From Microcoleus sp. (GTDB lineage Bacteria; Cyanobacteriota; Cyanobacteriia; Cyanobacteriales; Microcoleaceae), in NCBI GenBank assembly GCA_052279835.1, contig CP181291.1, positions 4,192,001-4,256,000 on the forward strand: 64,000 nucleotides of DNA. The letters are read 5' to 3'. The position numbers and the translations under genes are program-made. Below, in pieces: positions 44,511-55,496 of this stretch. The stretch's first letter is position 1; each line of letters opens with the position of its first letter. Below the pieces are notes generated by a model. The model was given only the letters and a program-made list of their open reading frames with translations. It was not told where the DNA came from and ran no database searches.

Positions 44511-45593
44511 TTACGACTTATTAGTTATAAGTTTGTGAGTTTTGAGCTTCTGCATCCGAATTAGCTGGGAGATGAAAAATTGGGTGACTAAAGTTGGTTG
44601 TTCGGCTTCCATGATCGATCGCACAACTGCTACTCTGGAAGCTCCGGCATTTAATACTTCGTCGAGGTTGTTGATGTCTATTCCGCCGATCGCAAACCAA
44701 GGAATCGGGGACTTAGCAGCAGCATACCGTACATAGTCCAAACCCGCAGCTTGTTTATCGGGTTTAGTGGGAGTGGAGTAGACAGGACCAACTCCAATAT
44801 AGTCGGCTCCTTCTTCAATGGCTCGCTGCATTTCTTGGGCGTTTGTGGTCGATCGCCCGATCGTCCGTCCAGGCCCTAGCAACTTGCGCGCTTCAGCTAC
44901 AGGTAGATCTTGCTGTCCTAAGTGTACACCGTCGGCATCGGCTGCGATCGCCAAATCCACGCGATCGTTCACAATTAACAAAGCATCATAGCGGTGACAA
45001 AGTTCGCATAGCTTCCGCACATGATCCAGCTTCACCGCATCGTCTGAAGTTTTGTCGCGGTACTGTACCAAAGTCAGTCCACCTTGCAAAGCAGCTTCCA
45101 CCACGCCCAACAAATTGTCTCTCCCCGAAGTTACCAGATATAACTGCGATCGCAATAACTGCTGGTAGCGTCCATAAGCGAGCAAATCGCTTTCGAGAGT
45201 ATAAACCCGATAGCGCATCTGTTTAAAAGCCTTGCCCATATTCGGATCGTAAACTTTGCCATACTCTTCAAGTACCCGCAGCGCTTCTTCCACCCGGCAG
45301 AAATTCGCCTCCAATAGCTGCTGAAGTCCAGAGCGCTGTTCTTCCTGCGGATGAGTCAGTTCCGTACCCGGATCTGCGGGCGTATCCCTAGCGCTGCGTA
45401 ATTCTGCGGTGTGCCAAACAGCCAATTCCTGACGCAGTTGCTTGCACTCGCCAGCTAAATCGGCGCTATTAAGACCAAATCGGCACCATTCTTCAATAAT
45501 TCTCAATCCTTCGCGGGCGCGATCTAAATTTGCATCTAAAATCCGGCACAGAGCGGGCTGTGCCGGTAAAGTTCTGTTTGGTTTTTGCGTCAT
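44511..45593 (-). CDS. thiE: Thiamine-phosphate synthase (cyanobacterial long form)
   Basis: RILDANLDRAREGLR N-domain, QYRDK, NDRVD, GVHLGQ, TPTK. Confidence 0.96.
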   Translation of the reverse strand: MTQKPNRTLPAQPALCRILDANLDRAREGLRIIEEWCRFGLNSADLAGECKQLRQELAVWHTAELRSARDTPADPGTELTHPQEEQRSGLQQLLEANFCRVEEALRVLEEYGKVYDPNMGKAFKQMRYRVYTLESDLLAYGRYQQLLRSQLYLVTSGRDNLLGVVEAALQGGLTLVQYRDKTSDDAVKLDHVRKLCELCHRYDALLIVNDRVDLAIAADADGVHLGQQDLPVAEARKLLGPGRTIGRSTTNAQEMQRAIEEGADYIGVGPVYSTPTKPDKQAAGLDYVRYAAAKSPIPWFAIGGIDINNLDEVLNAGASRVAVVRSIMEAEQPTLVTQFFISQLIRMQKLKTHKLITNKS

Positions 45594-45990
45594 ATAGAAC
45601 CACCTCGATCGTTAATCCAGCAGTCAAGCTGCTACATTTTCCCACTAATTTTTAAGTTTTATTGAATTTGAAGAAAACAAAGCATAATAGATCAAACTTG
45701 ATGATAGTGGAATCGTTAAACTGCATACCACACTTCGGAGGAGAGCCGTGAGGTTAGCAGAAAATCACAGATTAACGGAGAAAAACCCCAGCAGCACGCT
45801 GCCATTAAACTTCGATCGCATGGGCGAAACTTGGCTCACAGACAGGTTGTGTTTTTTTATGCTGATTTACTCAAAACAGAGCGGGTACAACTCACCTCTA
45901 GAATCATTCTCAATCAGCCTTTCCGGGACTAGCCAGATACCTACCCCACACCAAAAGTTGCTGTTTGTCGAACAGGCATCTTGCCTGTTG

Positions 45991-47730
45991 ATGAAAAAGC
46001 TGCAAAATCTTAGGTATATAGGAAAGCGATCGCCAAGCAAAGCCTTAAGTTCTTGCCTGTTGCTGCTGTTTGCTAGTGTGTCATTGTTCAAAACTCAACA
46101 GTCTGCGATCGCCGCCGAAACCCCCATAGTGCAGATAATAGCTCAGGCACAGCAGCCCGAAATCAACATCCTGTACGTCAGCTCATCGGGTGGAAGTGAC
46201 ACCACAGGTAATGGGAGCGATCGAGATCCATTCAAAACCCTTACCTATGCCTTAAGCGTCGCCCCGCCCAACACAGCAATTTTGCTAGCGCCCGGTACCT
46301 ACAGCGCCCAAACCGGCGAACAATTTCCGCTGATACTCCAGCCTAACGTGATTGTTCAAGGAAACCCCAACACTCGCGGTCAAAATATTCTCATCAAAGG
46401 CGGAGGAGACTTTCTCAGCCCCACTTCGGCTGGTCAAAATATCACCATCTTAGGCGCATCGGGAGCCAGACTCAGCGGGGTGACAGTGACGAATCCCAAC
46501 TATCGGGGTTATGCTTTGTGGATCGAATCGAGTTCTCCCACGGTGGTTAACAATACTTTTTTGGGGAGCACTCACGACGGAATTTCAGTGGTGGGTAATT
46601 CTCGCCCGATGATTAGCGGGAATCTGTTCTCGAAAAATGGTGCTAATGGGATGACCATTTATGGCACTTCCCAGCCGGAAGTTCGAGATAATGTGTTTGA
46701 AAACACTGGATTTGGGGTGAATGTAGCCGAAAAAGCTTCACCTTTGTTAATCGGGAATCAGATTACTCGTAACAAGGATGGTGTGGTGGTACAAGCTGAG
46801 GCGACACCGGTGCTCCGCAATAATTATATCGAGAGGAATCAGCGAGATGGGATTGTGGCGATCGCCCGTGCTCTCCCCGATTTAGGAACTATGACGGAAC
46901 CGGGAGGGAATGTGATTCGCAACAACGGCCAGCATGATGTGAATAATGCTGCCAAAGGTCAATTAATTCAAGCTTACGGCAATCAATTGTTGAGCAACCG
47001 CACGACTGGTCAAGTTCAGGTGGCGGGAACTTTCAACTCTCCTCTATCCATTGGTGGCCCTGATTTGGGGTTCGTTGCTCAACCTCCCAGAAGCGGTGGA
47101 CCAGATAGCTCTTTACCTGTTTATACCACAGCTCCTTTAACTCCGAGAGTTCAAAGATCGCCCCAGAGGCCTCTGTCGCCACTGTCAGCGAGTCCTGCCC
47201 AAAATCGATCGACATCGGGTCAAACTCGGTTGTCGCCTCTGTTGGCTCCCCCAAGTGCCTCTCCTTCGGCGATCGCCATTCCAGTCCCAACTCCAGATGC
47301 TCGCTCCGTTCCAGAAATTGCTGTGCAGTCCCCAATTTTGCCGCCAAACTTGGATAGTGCGATTCCGGTTCCTGCTGATGGTAAATTACCAGTTCCGAGT
47401 CGCAACATTCCTCTGGGAAGGGGTGGCTATGTACCCGCTGCTTTAGGAGGTAATTCTTTGCCTAATTCTTTGGCTAATTCTGGGGAAAATGCGCCATCAT
47501 TCGATCGAGCATTAGCTTTGGGTTTTCGGTATCGGGTGGTAGTTGATGCTCAGAGTCAGAGCGATCAAGTCAGAATGCAATCTCTGGTTCCCGATGCTTT
47601 TCGTACTTTTTCTAACGGGCGCGCCGTCATGCAAGCAGGTGCTTTTCGGGAACAGGAAAAAGCTGAGGAGTTATTACAAATGCTCACTGCTAATGGTTTG
47701 AATGCCAGGATTGAAGAGATAAAAGAATGA
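45991..47730 (+). CDS. DUF1565 parallel beta-helix secreted protein
   Basis: GNGSDRDPFKTLTYAL, LAPGTYS..GEQFPL, beta-helix repeats, Pro-rich linker, SPOR-like C-terminus. Start uncertain. Confidence 0.8.
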   Translation: MKKLQNLRYIGKRSPSKALSSCLLLLFASVSLFKTQQSAIAAETPIVQIIAQAQQPEINILYVSSSGGSDTTGNGSDRDPFKTLTYALSVAPPNTAILLAPGTYSAQTGEQFPLILQPNVIVQGNPNTRGQNILIKGGGDFLSPTSAGQNITILGASGARLSGVTVTNPNYRGYALWIESSSPTVVNNTFLGSTHDGISVVGNSRPMISGNLFSKNGANGMTIYGTSQPEVRDNVFENTGFGVNVAEKASPLLIGNQITRNKDGVVVQAEATPVLRNNYIERNQRDGIVAIARALPDLGTMTEPGGNVIRNNGQHDVNNAAKGQLIQAYGNQLLSNRTTGQVQVAGTFNSPLSIGGPDLGFVAQPPRSGGPDSSLPVYTTAPLTPRVQRSPQRPLSPLSASPAQNRSTSGQTRLSPLLAPPSASPSAIAIPVPTPDARSVPEIAVQSPILPPNLDSAIPVPADGKLPVPSRNIPLGRGGYVPAALGGNSLPNSLANSGENAPSFDRALALGFRYRVVVDAQSQSDQVRMQSLVPDAFRTFSNGRAVMQAGAFREQEKAEELLQMLTANGLNARIEEIKE

Positions 47731-48401
47731 ATTTGATGCAGCGAGTTTTGGAACCGGAGGTTATGGATTCCTGGGAAGAGGCCATCGAATACGATTCGAT
47801 GGACTTTACTGAGGTTAATTCTGCTTTTGCGATGAGTGCGGCCGCCTTGGGGCCGGTTTTTGGAAACGTTTTGGATGCGGGGACTGGTACGGCGAGAATT
47901 CCCATTGCTCTTTGTGCAATACGTCCGCAGTGGCACTTGACTGGCATCGATTTGTCGGCAAATATGCTGAAAGTCGCTGGTGAAAATGTGGAAAAGGCTG
48001 GTGTGCGATCGCAAATTAGTCTTGAATTAATTGATGCCAAGGCAATGCCCTATCCTGACAATTATTTTGACATGGTGATTTCCAATAGCATTATCCATCA
48101 TTTGCCAAATCCCCTGCCATTTTTTCAGGAAGTCCAGCGGGTGTTGAAACCAAAAGGAGCAATATTTTTGCGGGATTTATTGCGACCGGAAACACCAGCA
48201 ATCAGGGATAATTTAGTAGAGATGTATGCGGGAGATTGCAACGCGCATCAAAGGCAGTTATTCAGAGATTCCCTACAGGCGGCTTTTACTCTGGATGAAA
48301 TTCAAACTACGATCCAAACTGCGGGTTTGCATGGCTTGAGGATTTATGAATCCTCAGACAGACACTGGACGGCTGAACGTGCTTGGTGCGAGTCTGAATA
48401 G
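47727..48401 (+). CDS. Class I SAM-dependent methyltransferase
   Basis: VLDAGTGTA, GIDLS, SNSIIHH. Confidence 0.9.
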   Translation: MNLMQRVLEPEVMDSWEEAIEYDSMDFTEVNSAFAMSAAALGPVFGNVLDAGTGTARIPIALCAIRPQWHLTGIDLSANMLKVAGENVEKAGVRSQISLELIDAKAMPYPDNYFDMVISNSIIHHLPNPLPFFQEVQRVLKPKGAIFLRDLLRPETPAIRDNLVEMYAGDCNAHQRQLFRDSLQAAFTLDEIQTTIQTAGLHGLRIYESSDRHWTAERAWCESE

Positions 48402-48529
48402 ACTGGGTATTTGCTGCAATTGTTGCAAGCTAAGATGGTACAAGGGCGATCGCAATTTTGGTGAAGTCTAGACGCAAACCCCCACCCTAGCGGTACTCCG
48501 CTTGGTGGTGGGTAATTGACTAAACTTTT

Positions 48530-49030
48530 TTACCACCCCCAAGTTCCAGGCCCTCCTTTAAACGGGCCGACAATATCTTTAGTAATCCAGCCACCATAAA
48601 AAACGCCTTCTTGAGGTTGCACTAATTCTCCATCCACATAACAAGCATCCATCAAACCTGGATAAAAAGCCAGATAATCCTTAATCGCCTCAAAGATATT
48701 GGTGGGATTCGGATAAAACCAAGCAGCATTCACGGCTTCCTTTTCTCCCACCTTCACTGTGTAATAGCCTGCTTGTCCTTTCCACTCGCACCAAGAACCC
48801 CGCGAAGTTTTTTGCAAATATTGCATTTCTATATCTTCAGGAGATATATAGTAAAAAGGAGGGTGACTTGTCTCTAATACCCTTTGAGCGCGGTGGGTGT
48901 CCGCAAGTGTCACACCATTAAAAATTATCTTTACGTGTTTGGTCGATTCCTCCAGACGAGGCGGCCGTGGGTAATCCCAAACTGATTCTTGACCGGGACC
49001 TGGTTTAATTCGATCGATGTTCACTGCCAA
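48530..49030 (-). CDS. DUF427 family protein
   Basis: ESVWDYPRPP, LETSHPP, CEWKG. Confidence 0.88.
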   Translation of the reverse strand: MAVNIDRIKPGPGQESVWDYPRPPRLEESTKHVKIIFNGVTLADTHRAQRVLETSHPPFYYISPEDIEMQYLQKTSRGSWCEWKGQAGYYTVKVGEKEAVNAAWFYPNPTNIFEAIKDYLAFYPGLMDACYVDGELVQPQEGVFYGGWITKDIVGPFKGGPGTWGW

Positions 49031-49453
49031 ACTCTCCCTAATAAAACCACAATTTTTCTACTTAACATCATATTTATAATACTTAAAAAATACAAGATAA
49101 AAATTCGAGTAGATAAAAATTATCTTCACCACTCTGGTAGCTTAACTACAAACCACCAAGCTTTTTTAACAAAAATTTCCCAGGATGCAGAATTCTCAAA
49201 GCATTCGTCTGTTAGGAAAAATAAATATTTTACCTTGTGTGTTGAGTCTTGGGCCAAGGCTAGGGGGAACTACCATCTTTGACACCTTGAGAATTATCTG
49301 ATAAGGTTATAGCGACTATCAACCATCTTTAACTAAAACCGAAAATTCATGCTCCTGTAGAGTTTGTATGAGTGCCAACCTATAGCACCTGTACTCAAGT
49401 CACCCGCGATCGCACTTTGAAAACTGAGCGGGCAGCCTCCAACAATTACATCT

Positions 49454-51412
49454 ATGGAAATCCCCTTTAACATCACCCTGTTGATGGTCATGACCGTCAC
49501 CTGTGGCATTAGCGCTCAAGTTCTGGCAGCTTACTTAAAAGTTCCAGCGATCGTGTTTTTGCTGTTGTTCGGTATTTTAGCAGGGCCAGACTGTCTGGGA
49601 CTGCTACACCCAAATCTCCTCGGCAGTGGTTTGGAAGTTATGGTATCCCTTTCTGTAGCATTAATTTTGTTTGAAGGCGGCTTGAATTTGGAATTGCGAG
49701 ATTTGGGTCGAATTTCCGGCAGTATCCGCAATTTAGTTACAGTAGGCACTTTAATTACCCTCATCGGCGGCGGAATGGCCGCGCACTGGCTGGGTGAATT
49801 TCCTTGGCCGATCGCCTTTTTATATGCTTCTCTAGTAGTAGTCACCGGTCCGACGGTCATCGGCCCTTTGCTCAAACAGGTTTCTGTTGATAAACAAGTT
49901 GCCGCTTTGCTGGAAGCCGAAGGAGTTTTAATCGATCCTGTCGGGGCAATTCTGGCAGTATTGGTACTGAATATTATTTTAAACGGCAATGCAGACTTGC
50001 TAGTTTTGTTCCGAGATTTAATCGTGCGGCTGGGAGTTGGTGCAGTCGTCGGAGTGGCGGGAGGTTGGCTGCTAGGATTCATTCTCAAGCGATCGAATTT
50101 TCTGTCAGAAGACCTCAAAAACCTAGTAGTATTAGCGGGCTTATGGGGATTCTTCGGATTAGCAGAGGAACTGCGCAGCGAATCGGGATTAATGGCAACG
50201 GTACTCTCCGGTATTGTCCTCAGAGCAGCTTCTGTTCCCGAAGAAAGGCTGCTGAGGAGGTTTAAAGGTCAACTCACAGTCCTCGCTATTTCGGTGCTGT
50301 TCGTGTTGCTGGCGGCAGATTTATCCCTCGCTAGTGTAGTTGCGCTCGGTTGGGGGAGTGTGTTCACAGTTTTAGCATTAATGTGGGTGGTGCGACCGAT
50401 TAACATTTGGCTGTGCACCCTCAACAGTGGGCTGAATTGGCGACAAAAGTTATTTGCTTGTTGGGTAGCGCCTAGGGGAATTGTCTCAGCTTCGATCGCA
50501 TCTTTATTTGCCATTTTGCTAACCCAGCGGGGAATCAACGGCGGCGACTCCATTAAAGCCTTGGTATTTCTGACAATTATGATGACAGTTTTCCTACAAG
50601 GACTAACCGCCGGAGCTATGGCTCAAATATTAGGAGTCACCTCGAAATCCGCCACCGGTGCTGCCATTGTTGGGTCAAATTCTTTGAGTAGATTGATTGC
50701 TCGGTTATTTCAAGAACGCGGCGAATCTGTAGCAATTATAGACACTAACCCGGAAGCTTGTCAACAGGCAGAACGGGAAGGTTTACGAGTTTTTTTGAGC
50801 AGTGCTCTGGATCACAGTGTTTTGGAAGCCGCCGGACTGGAATCTATGGGAACTTTTTTGGCAATGACCAACAACGGTGAGGTAAACTTAGTGTTAGCTC
50901 AAAGAGCAGCAGAAGAGTTTGCACCACCAAGGGTTTTGGCAATTTTCCCCAAAGATCCGCAAGCTAACAGTGCTGTAAATAATCCCAAAATAAATCAAGC
51001 CTTTGTGTCCGATTTGTCCTTGAAGGATTGGAACGAATATTTGAACGACAAAGAGGTAAAATTGGGAGAAACGGAGTTAAAAACTACTGGATTGCAGTTT
51101 CAGTTAGCTCACTTGCAGGCTCTAATTCGGGCCGGCGAGTTAGTGCCGCTGTTATTGGAAAGACAGGGATATTTGCAAGTAGTGTCGGCGGGGCAGATTT
51201 GGCAAGCAGGCGATCGAATTATTTATTTGTTACACGATCCTACACCGAAATTGTTAAAAAGATTGTCTGGTTCATCTCAGTCTCGGTTAACTTTGGAAAA
51301 GCATCCGGTAGTGGAAGAAGTGCCGATTCCTTCTCCTGTTTTAGATTCGATTGTAGAGCCAGGTATCGTGGAGAAACCAACGGAAATTTTACAACCACCT
51401 GTTTCTAAATAG
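49454..51412 (+). CDS. CPA1 cation:proton antiporter with TrkA-N domain
   Basis: ILFEGG, TGPTVI, EGVLIDP, APRGIV, followed by an RCK domain. Confidence 0.92.
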   Translation: MEIPFNITLLMVMTVTCGISAQVLAAYLKVPAIVFLLLFGILAGPDCLGLLHPNLLGSGLEVMVSLSVALILFEGGLNLELRDLGRISGSIRNLVTVGTLITLIGGGMAAHWLGEFPWPIAFLYASLVVVTGPTVIGPLLKQVSVDKQVAALLEAEGVLIDPVGAILAVLVLNIILNGNADLLVLFRDLIVRLGVGAVVGVAGGWLLGFILKRSNFLSEDLKNLVVLAGLWGFFGLAEELRSESGLMATVLSGIVLRAASVPEERLLRRFKGQLTVLAISVLFVLLAADLSLASVVALGWGSVFTVLALMWVVRPINIWLCTLNSGLNWRQKLFACWVAPRGIVSASIASLFAILLTQRGINGGDSIKALVFLTIMMTVFLQGLTAGAMAQILGVTSKSATGAAIVGSNSLSRLIARLFQERGESVAIIDTNPEACQQAEREGLRVFLSSALDHSVLEAAGLESMGTFLAMTNNGEVNLVLAQRAAEEFAPPRVLAIFPKDPQANSAVNNPKINQAFVSDLSLKDWNEYLNDKEVKLGETELKTTGLQFQLAHLQALIRAGELVPLLLERQGYLQVVSAGQIWQAGDRIIYLLHDPTPKLLKRLSGSSQSRLTLEKHPVVEEVPIPSPVLDSIVEPGIVEKPTEILQPPVSK

Positions 51413-51592
51413 TCCTAAATCAAGGGATGGTGTTGAATTGTTTCGGGCTTTTGGTCTCCGGCAATTACGGACTCCCGTAGTGCAACCCGATCTCATCAGT
51501 TCCGTAAACCCTAGCACTTGCCTGGTAAGAGGGGCGAAGGCTCAACTTCCCCCAGCCTCCGTGGTACTGTCTCAATTTTAGATTTGAGATAA
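51413..51592 (+). ncRNA. ssrS: 6S RNA (SsrS/SsaA)
   Basis: 5' GGGATGGTGTTG pairs with 3' CTCCGTGGTACTGTCTC, like the terminal stem of 6S RNA. Length about 180 nt. Internal motifs resemble cyanobacterial 6S as recalled. Ends approximate. Confidence 0.75.
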
Positions 51593-51735
51593 AAATTCTT
51601 GCTAAAGTGCTAAGATTAACCTCTTGAGTTCAAAAACCCTTGCGGAAGAACCATTTAGGCTGCTAATTTGTTTGCTAACAGTGCCTCATTTATGTGTGGC
51701 TGGTTAAACCTTTTGCTTGGGGAACATCTACTGCT

Positions 51736-52215
51736 ATGGCTCGCGAGCCTATTTCTACCTGGTATTTTACCCTAGTTGTCGTTCACTTAGAAAACCGTTT
51801 TCTATTGGTACAAGAGCGCAAGTACGATCAGCAGTGGTATCTCCCGGCAGGACGAGTGGAACAAGGAGAGACATTGTTCGAGGCCGCTATGCGTAACACG
51901 GTCGAGGAAGCGGGCGTTTCTGTGATTATTGAGGGCATTCTCCGGGTAGAGCATACAGTCATGCCTAGAGGGAATGTCCGTTTGAGGGTGATTTTTGTGG
52001 CTCGTCCCGAAGACAAAACACCTCCCAAGAGCAAGCCGGACGAATATACTTTGTGCGCTGGCTGGTATTCTCTGAAGGAATTAGACCAGTTGTCTCTGCG
52101 GGGAGAGGAAGTTCGGGAAATTTTTCAATATATGGCCAGTGGTGCTCCCATTTATCCCATTGATTTGCTCAGTATTGAGGGGGCACCTTTTAAGACTCAT
52201 CGATATCGGTGGTAG
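51736..52215 (+). CDS. NUDIX hydrolase
   Basis: LPAGRVEQGETLFEAAMRNTVEEAG Nudix box (RE replaced by RN). Confidence 0.9.
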   Translation: MAREPISTWYFTLVVVHLENRFLLVQERKYDQQWYLPAGRVEQGETLFEAAMRNTVEEAGVSVIIEGILRVEHTVMPRGNVRLRVIFVARPEDKTPPKSKPDEYTLCAGWYSLKELDQLSLRGEEVREIFQYMASGAPIYPIDLLSIEGAPFKTHRYRW

Positions 52216-52653
52216 GAAGAAGGAAGAAGGAAGAAGGAAGAGGGAAGAAGGCAGAAGGAAGAAGGCAGAAGGAAGAAGAACCCCCCCCTGCCCCTGCCCC
52301 CCCTAGGGGGGAAAAGAAGGAAGAGGGAAGAAGTCACCCCCCCTGCCCCCCCCTAGGGGGGAAAAGAAGGAATAATGCTCATACAGCAAAGCTTTTTAGC
52401 CACCTGTATCTTAGGGTAACCAAATTGGCAACGGCGGTCGATCGCCACCCTAACGGCTGTTTAATCAATTAATGGAGCAATTAATAGGTATGGAAGCGGT
52501 CGGTTGGCTAGCAGCGGCTGGCGATCGAGTAGCTTTGAGTGTAATAGTGCTATAATTACGGTTTTGAATTCCTAAATTTTTATTTTTTACCTGCTCCCAT
52601 AAAAAAATAGCGTTAAACCATAACCCATAACCCATAACCAATTCCCAGTTGTC

Positions 52654-54369
52654 ATGAATGACTCTTTCTCCCTAGTCAATACCCTCTCAGAACCGCTGCG
52701 CCAGCCATTTTGGTGGGCAGCCCTAGCTTCTATAGGTCTTCATGGAGTGCTCGGAGTTAACGCGCCTCGGATCTCAAATCTAATTTATGGTGGCAATTCA
52801 TCAAAAAACTTGCCCGGTTCGGTTGGGTTCGTGGAGCTAACTCCAGCAGAGGTAGGACGACTGCCCCAAAGCATACCCCCACTCGCATCCAATGCGAAAC
52901 CACCATTTTCGCTCGTCGCACCAGTTCCCCTACCACGCAACATCACCCCGCCCTTACCGCCAGCCCCGAACCCCATTAACTTACCAGCCCTCCCACCGGG
53001 AATGCCACCTCCGGGATTCTTTGCCCCTGCGCCTCCATCTCCTCTCCCTTCCTTAACTCCCCCCATACCTCCGAAAGCTCCATCTCCCACCATCAAAAAT
53101 CCCGCTCCTCAAACCCCCGTAGCCATCTCGCCACAGCCTCCCAGCAATCTCATCCCCCCCCCATCCCTCGGTAATTTCTCTCCGATTACTCCGCCTCCAC
53201 CACCATCGGACACCCAAACCCCCCAGCCTCCCGGAAGCCAGATGGATGAAGGGGAGTCTCTGGAAAAATTGCGAAATGCTCAGGGTAGACTGCCACTGTT
53301 TCCAGATGGAGCTGTAGTATACACCCCGCAATTCCCCATTAGAGGTACAAATTCGGAGTCTGGCAACTCACCACAATCGACTCAACAAGATCCAAATCAA
53401 GAAAATCAAGTCACAGAAAGTCCTGAAGAAAGAGCTAGGAGGCAACAATTTGAGCAGCAACAAAAACAGCTAGAACAGCAGGGAAATCCCGGACAAAACT
53501 CATCCAAGGATTCCGACAGAAATCTGGCTGCTGCAACTACATATATTGAGTTGTTTGAAAGATTCAAAAAAGCTTATCCTGACTTGGAAATGACTGGACC
53601 GACGCTTGTGAATGTCCCTTATCCCAAAACAGCTTGTTCGCAAAAACTGGAAGGGAAAGCAGTATTTGGTGCAGTTGTCAACCCCCAAGGGCTGCTGAGG
53701 GCAGAACCTCAAACCATTGCCCTGACGGGTTCCAATATTCTCGACGATGCTGCTAAATTTGCAATTATTAATCCTCAATTCATACTTCCACCAGCCAGCA
53801 CGCACAAGCTTTATCAATTGGCTGTGGCATTTAAATATGATGAAAAGGTTTGCAGCGGTATTCCTGTAACTCCCTCGGCAACCCCAGCAACGGGACCATT
53901 GCCCTCCCCAGCTCCCACAGCGGCGCCCCCAAGTCCAGGGGGAGTGAAGCCGCAGTTTGAGAAGCCTCCACGGGACTCCAGCAAACCCAAACCAGGAGTC
54001 AAGCCATCGCCTTTACCTCAACCCCAGTCAACGGCTAAACCATCGCCTTCAGCTCAACCTAAACCAGAAGCGAAGCCATCGGCATCTCCCTCTCCTTCTT
54101 CTCAACTGAAACCAGGGGCTAGAGACTTAGTGTTACCTGAACCTGAGCCATTGCCTACAGAGTCACCGATTCCTGAACCGCAGCCAGTGCCTACAGAGTC
54201 ACCGACTCCTAAACCTGTTGTTTCTCCGACTACGGAAGCGTCGCCGACAGCATCTCCATCTCCTGCTGCTTCTCCTGCTGCTTCTCCTGCTGCTGCTCCT
54301 GGGGCTGCACCGTCGCCGACTACGGAAGCGTCGCCGACAGCATCTCCATCTCCTGCTGCTTCTCCTTAG
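52654..54369 (+). CDS. Proline-rich TonB-like protein
   Basis: SIGLH N-terminal anchor, Pro-rich linkers, YP..AC...LEG...G..ILDDAA TonB-C-like domain, repetitive C-terminal tail. Confidence 0.7.
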   Translation: MNDSFSLVNTLSEPLRQPFWWAALASIGLHGVLGVNAPRISNLIYGGNSSKNLPGSVGFVELTPAEVGRLPQSIPPLASNAKPPFSLVAPVPLPRNITPPLPPAPNPINLPALPPGMPPPGFFAPAPPSPLPSLTPPIPPKAPSPTIKNPAPQTPVAISPQPPSNLIPPPSLGNFSPITPPPPPSDTQTPQPPGSQMDEGESLEKLRNAQGRLPLFPDGAVVYTPQFPIRGTNSESGNSPQSTQQDPNQENQVTESPEERARRQQFEQQQKQLEQQGNPGQNSSKDSDRNLAAATTYIELFERFKKAYPDLEMTGPTLVNVPYPKTACSQKLEGKAVFGAVVNPQGLLRAEPQTIALTGSNILDDAAKFAIINPQFILPPASTHKLYQLAVAFKYDEKVCSGIPVTPSATPATGPLPSPAPTAAPPSPGGVKPQFEKPPRDSSKPKPGVKPSPLPQPQSTAKPSPSAQPKPEAKPSASPSPSSQLKPGARDLVLPEPEPLPTESPIPEPQPVPTESPTPKPVVSPTTEASPTASPSPAASPAASPAAAPGAAPSPTTEASPTASPSPAASP

Positions 54370-54465
54370 TTGCGGGGCGGGGATGGTTAGTTTCTCATCC
54401 TAAAAATGGGTGATGGCAATCGCTTTTTTTGACTATTACCGATCGCATTTGCCTCCTGTAATGGC

Positions 54466-55203
54466 TCAATTGTATTGCACTTTATACATTTGAAATAAAT
54501 CGCCACTTTGTTTTTTTACTATTTTTGCACCGGCAGTTTTAATCAGTTTTTCCCAATCTTCAATTCCTTCTAAAAATACTTCCCCTGCTCGATAGGTTTC
54601 CAAAATTGCCCAATCTTCTGCTAAGGGAGCATTAGGGTTGAGGACATCAAACACGAAGTGACCTCCCGGCTTTAATACTCGCTTAACTTCTCCCATGACA
54701 ATAGCCCAATAATCTTTGGGAAAATAGCAACTAAAGCCCGTGGCGATGCACAAATCGAATTGATCCTCTTCGTAATTTAGGCGATGAGCGGGGGCAAGTT
54801 CTACGCCTTTAAATAGTTTAGAATTGAGTTGAGGACCGCGGGCGTTTAAGGCGTCTCGTGCGGCGCTGCTGATTTCTTGGCCGTAAAAAAAGGCTTCCCA
54901 ATCGCGCCAAGGGTAGATTAGAAAGCTGACTCCGCAGCCAATGTCTAAACAGCGCTGATTTTTTTGGGGTTTGGCAATTTGCCAAAAGGGAGAAACTGTT
55001 TTGGCTTGGAGGGTGCCGGCGATGGATTCCCGAAAAATCGGCATGGCTTCGACTTCTTCGGGGAAAGGGAAGGGTTCTCCTCGGTATTCGCGATCGAACC
55101 GGGAAGCAACTGGCGAGAGTAAAGGTTGCCAGCTATCTGATTTGTCCTTAGCAAACCAAGTTGGCTCTGGACTGGTGGCAAGGCGATCGGACTTTTTAGA
55201 CAT
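54466..55203 (-). CDS. Class I SAM-dependent methyltransferase
   Basis: CLDIGCG, VKRVLKPGG. Confidence 0.9.
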   Translation of the reverse strand: MSKKSDRLATSPEPTWFAKDKSDSWQPLLSPVASRFDREYRGEPFPFPEEVEAMPIFRESIAGTLQAKTVSPFWQIAKPQKNQRCLDIGCGVSFLIYPWRDWEAFFYGQEISSAARDALNARGPQLNSKLFKGVELAPAHRLNYEEDQFDLCIATGFSCYFPKDYWAIVMGEVKRVLKPGGHFVFDVLNPNAPLAEDWAILETYRAGEVFLEGIEDWEKLIKTAGAKIVKKQSGDLFQMYKVQYN

Positions 55204-55298
55204 TCTTGAATTACACTCTTGGATAGAGATTTGTCGCGATACAAAGGTCGCGATTAATCATGAATTAGATTCCCCCTACCTTCATGTCGGGCTGTCTC

Positions 55299-55496
55299 TC
55301 ACCTTTTGGAGGCTTTGAGGGCCTTTGTAAAGTTTTGGCGATAGGGCTTATTAAAAATTAATGCTGGCCATAGCAGGGCTAGCTTCAGGCGATTGGAAAA
55401 ACTTCTGTCGAAGTTAGTGCGATCGAAACCCTTCCAAAATTTCCAAATACCTGCACCGTAAGCGATCAGTAATGCCAAGCTAATTAAGGTACTCAT
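55299..55496 (-). CDS. Small membrane protein (65 aa)
   Basis: MSTLISLALLIAYGAGIWKFWKGFDRTNF...LALLWP. Confidence 0.75.
   Translation of the reverse strand: MSTLISLALLIAYGAGIWKFWKGFDRTNFDRSFSNRLKLALLWPALIFNKPYRQNFTKALKASKR

Noticed and set aside
45594..45900. TPP or c-di-AMP riboswitch upstream of thiE
   Set aside because: No CTGAGA/ACCTGAT TPP core is present; only an isolated GCTAACCTC word resembles ydaO.
51440..51530. ykkC-type riboswitch (CTAGGGTT...AAAAGCCCG) or hammerhead (CTGATGA...GAAA) on the minus strand near the NUDIX gene
   Set aside because: The motif is antisense to the NUDIX gene with no minus-strand target, the hammerhead stem II does not close, and a plus-strand 6S RNA explains the region better.
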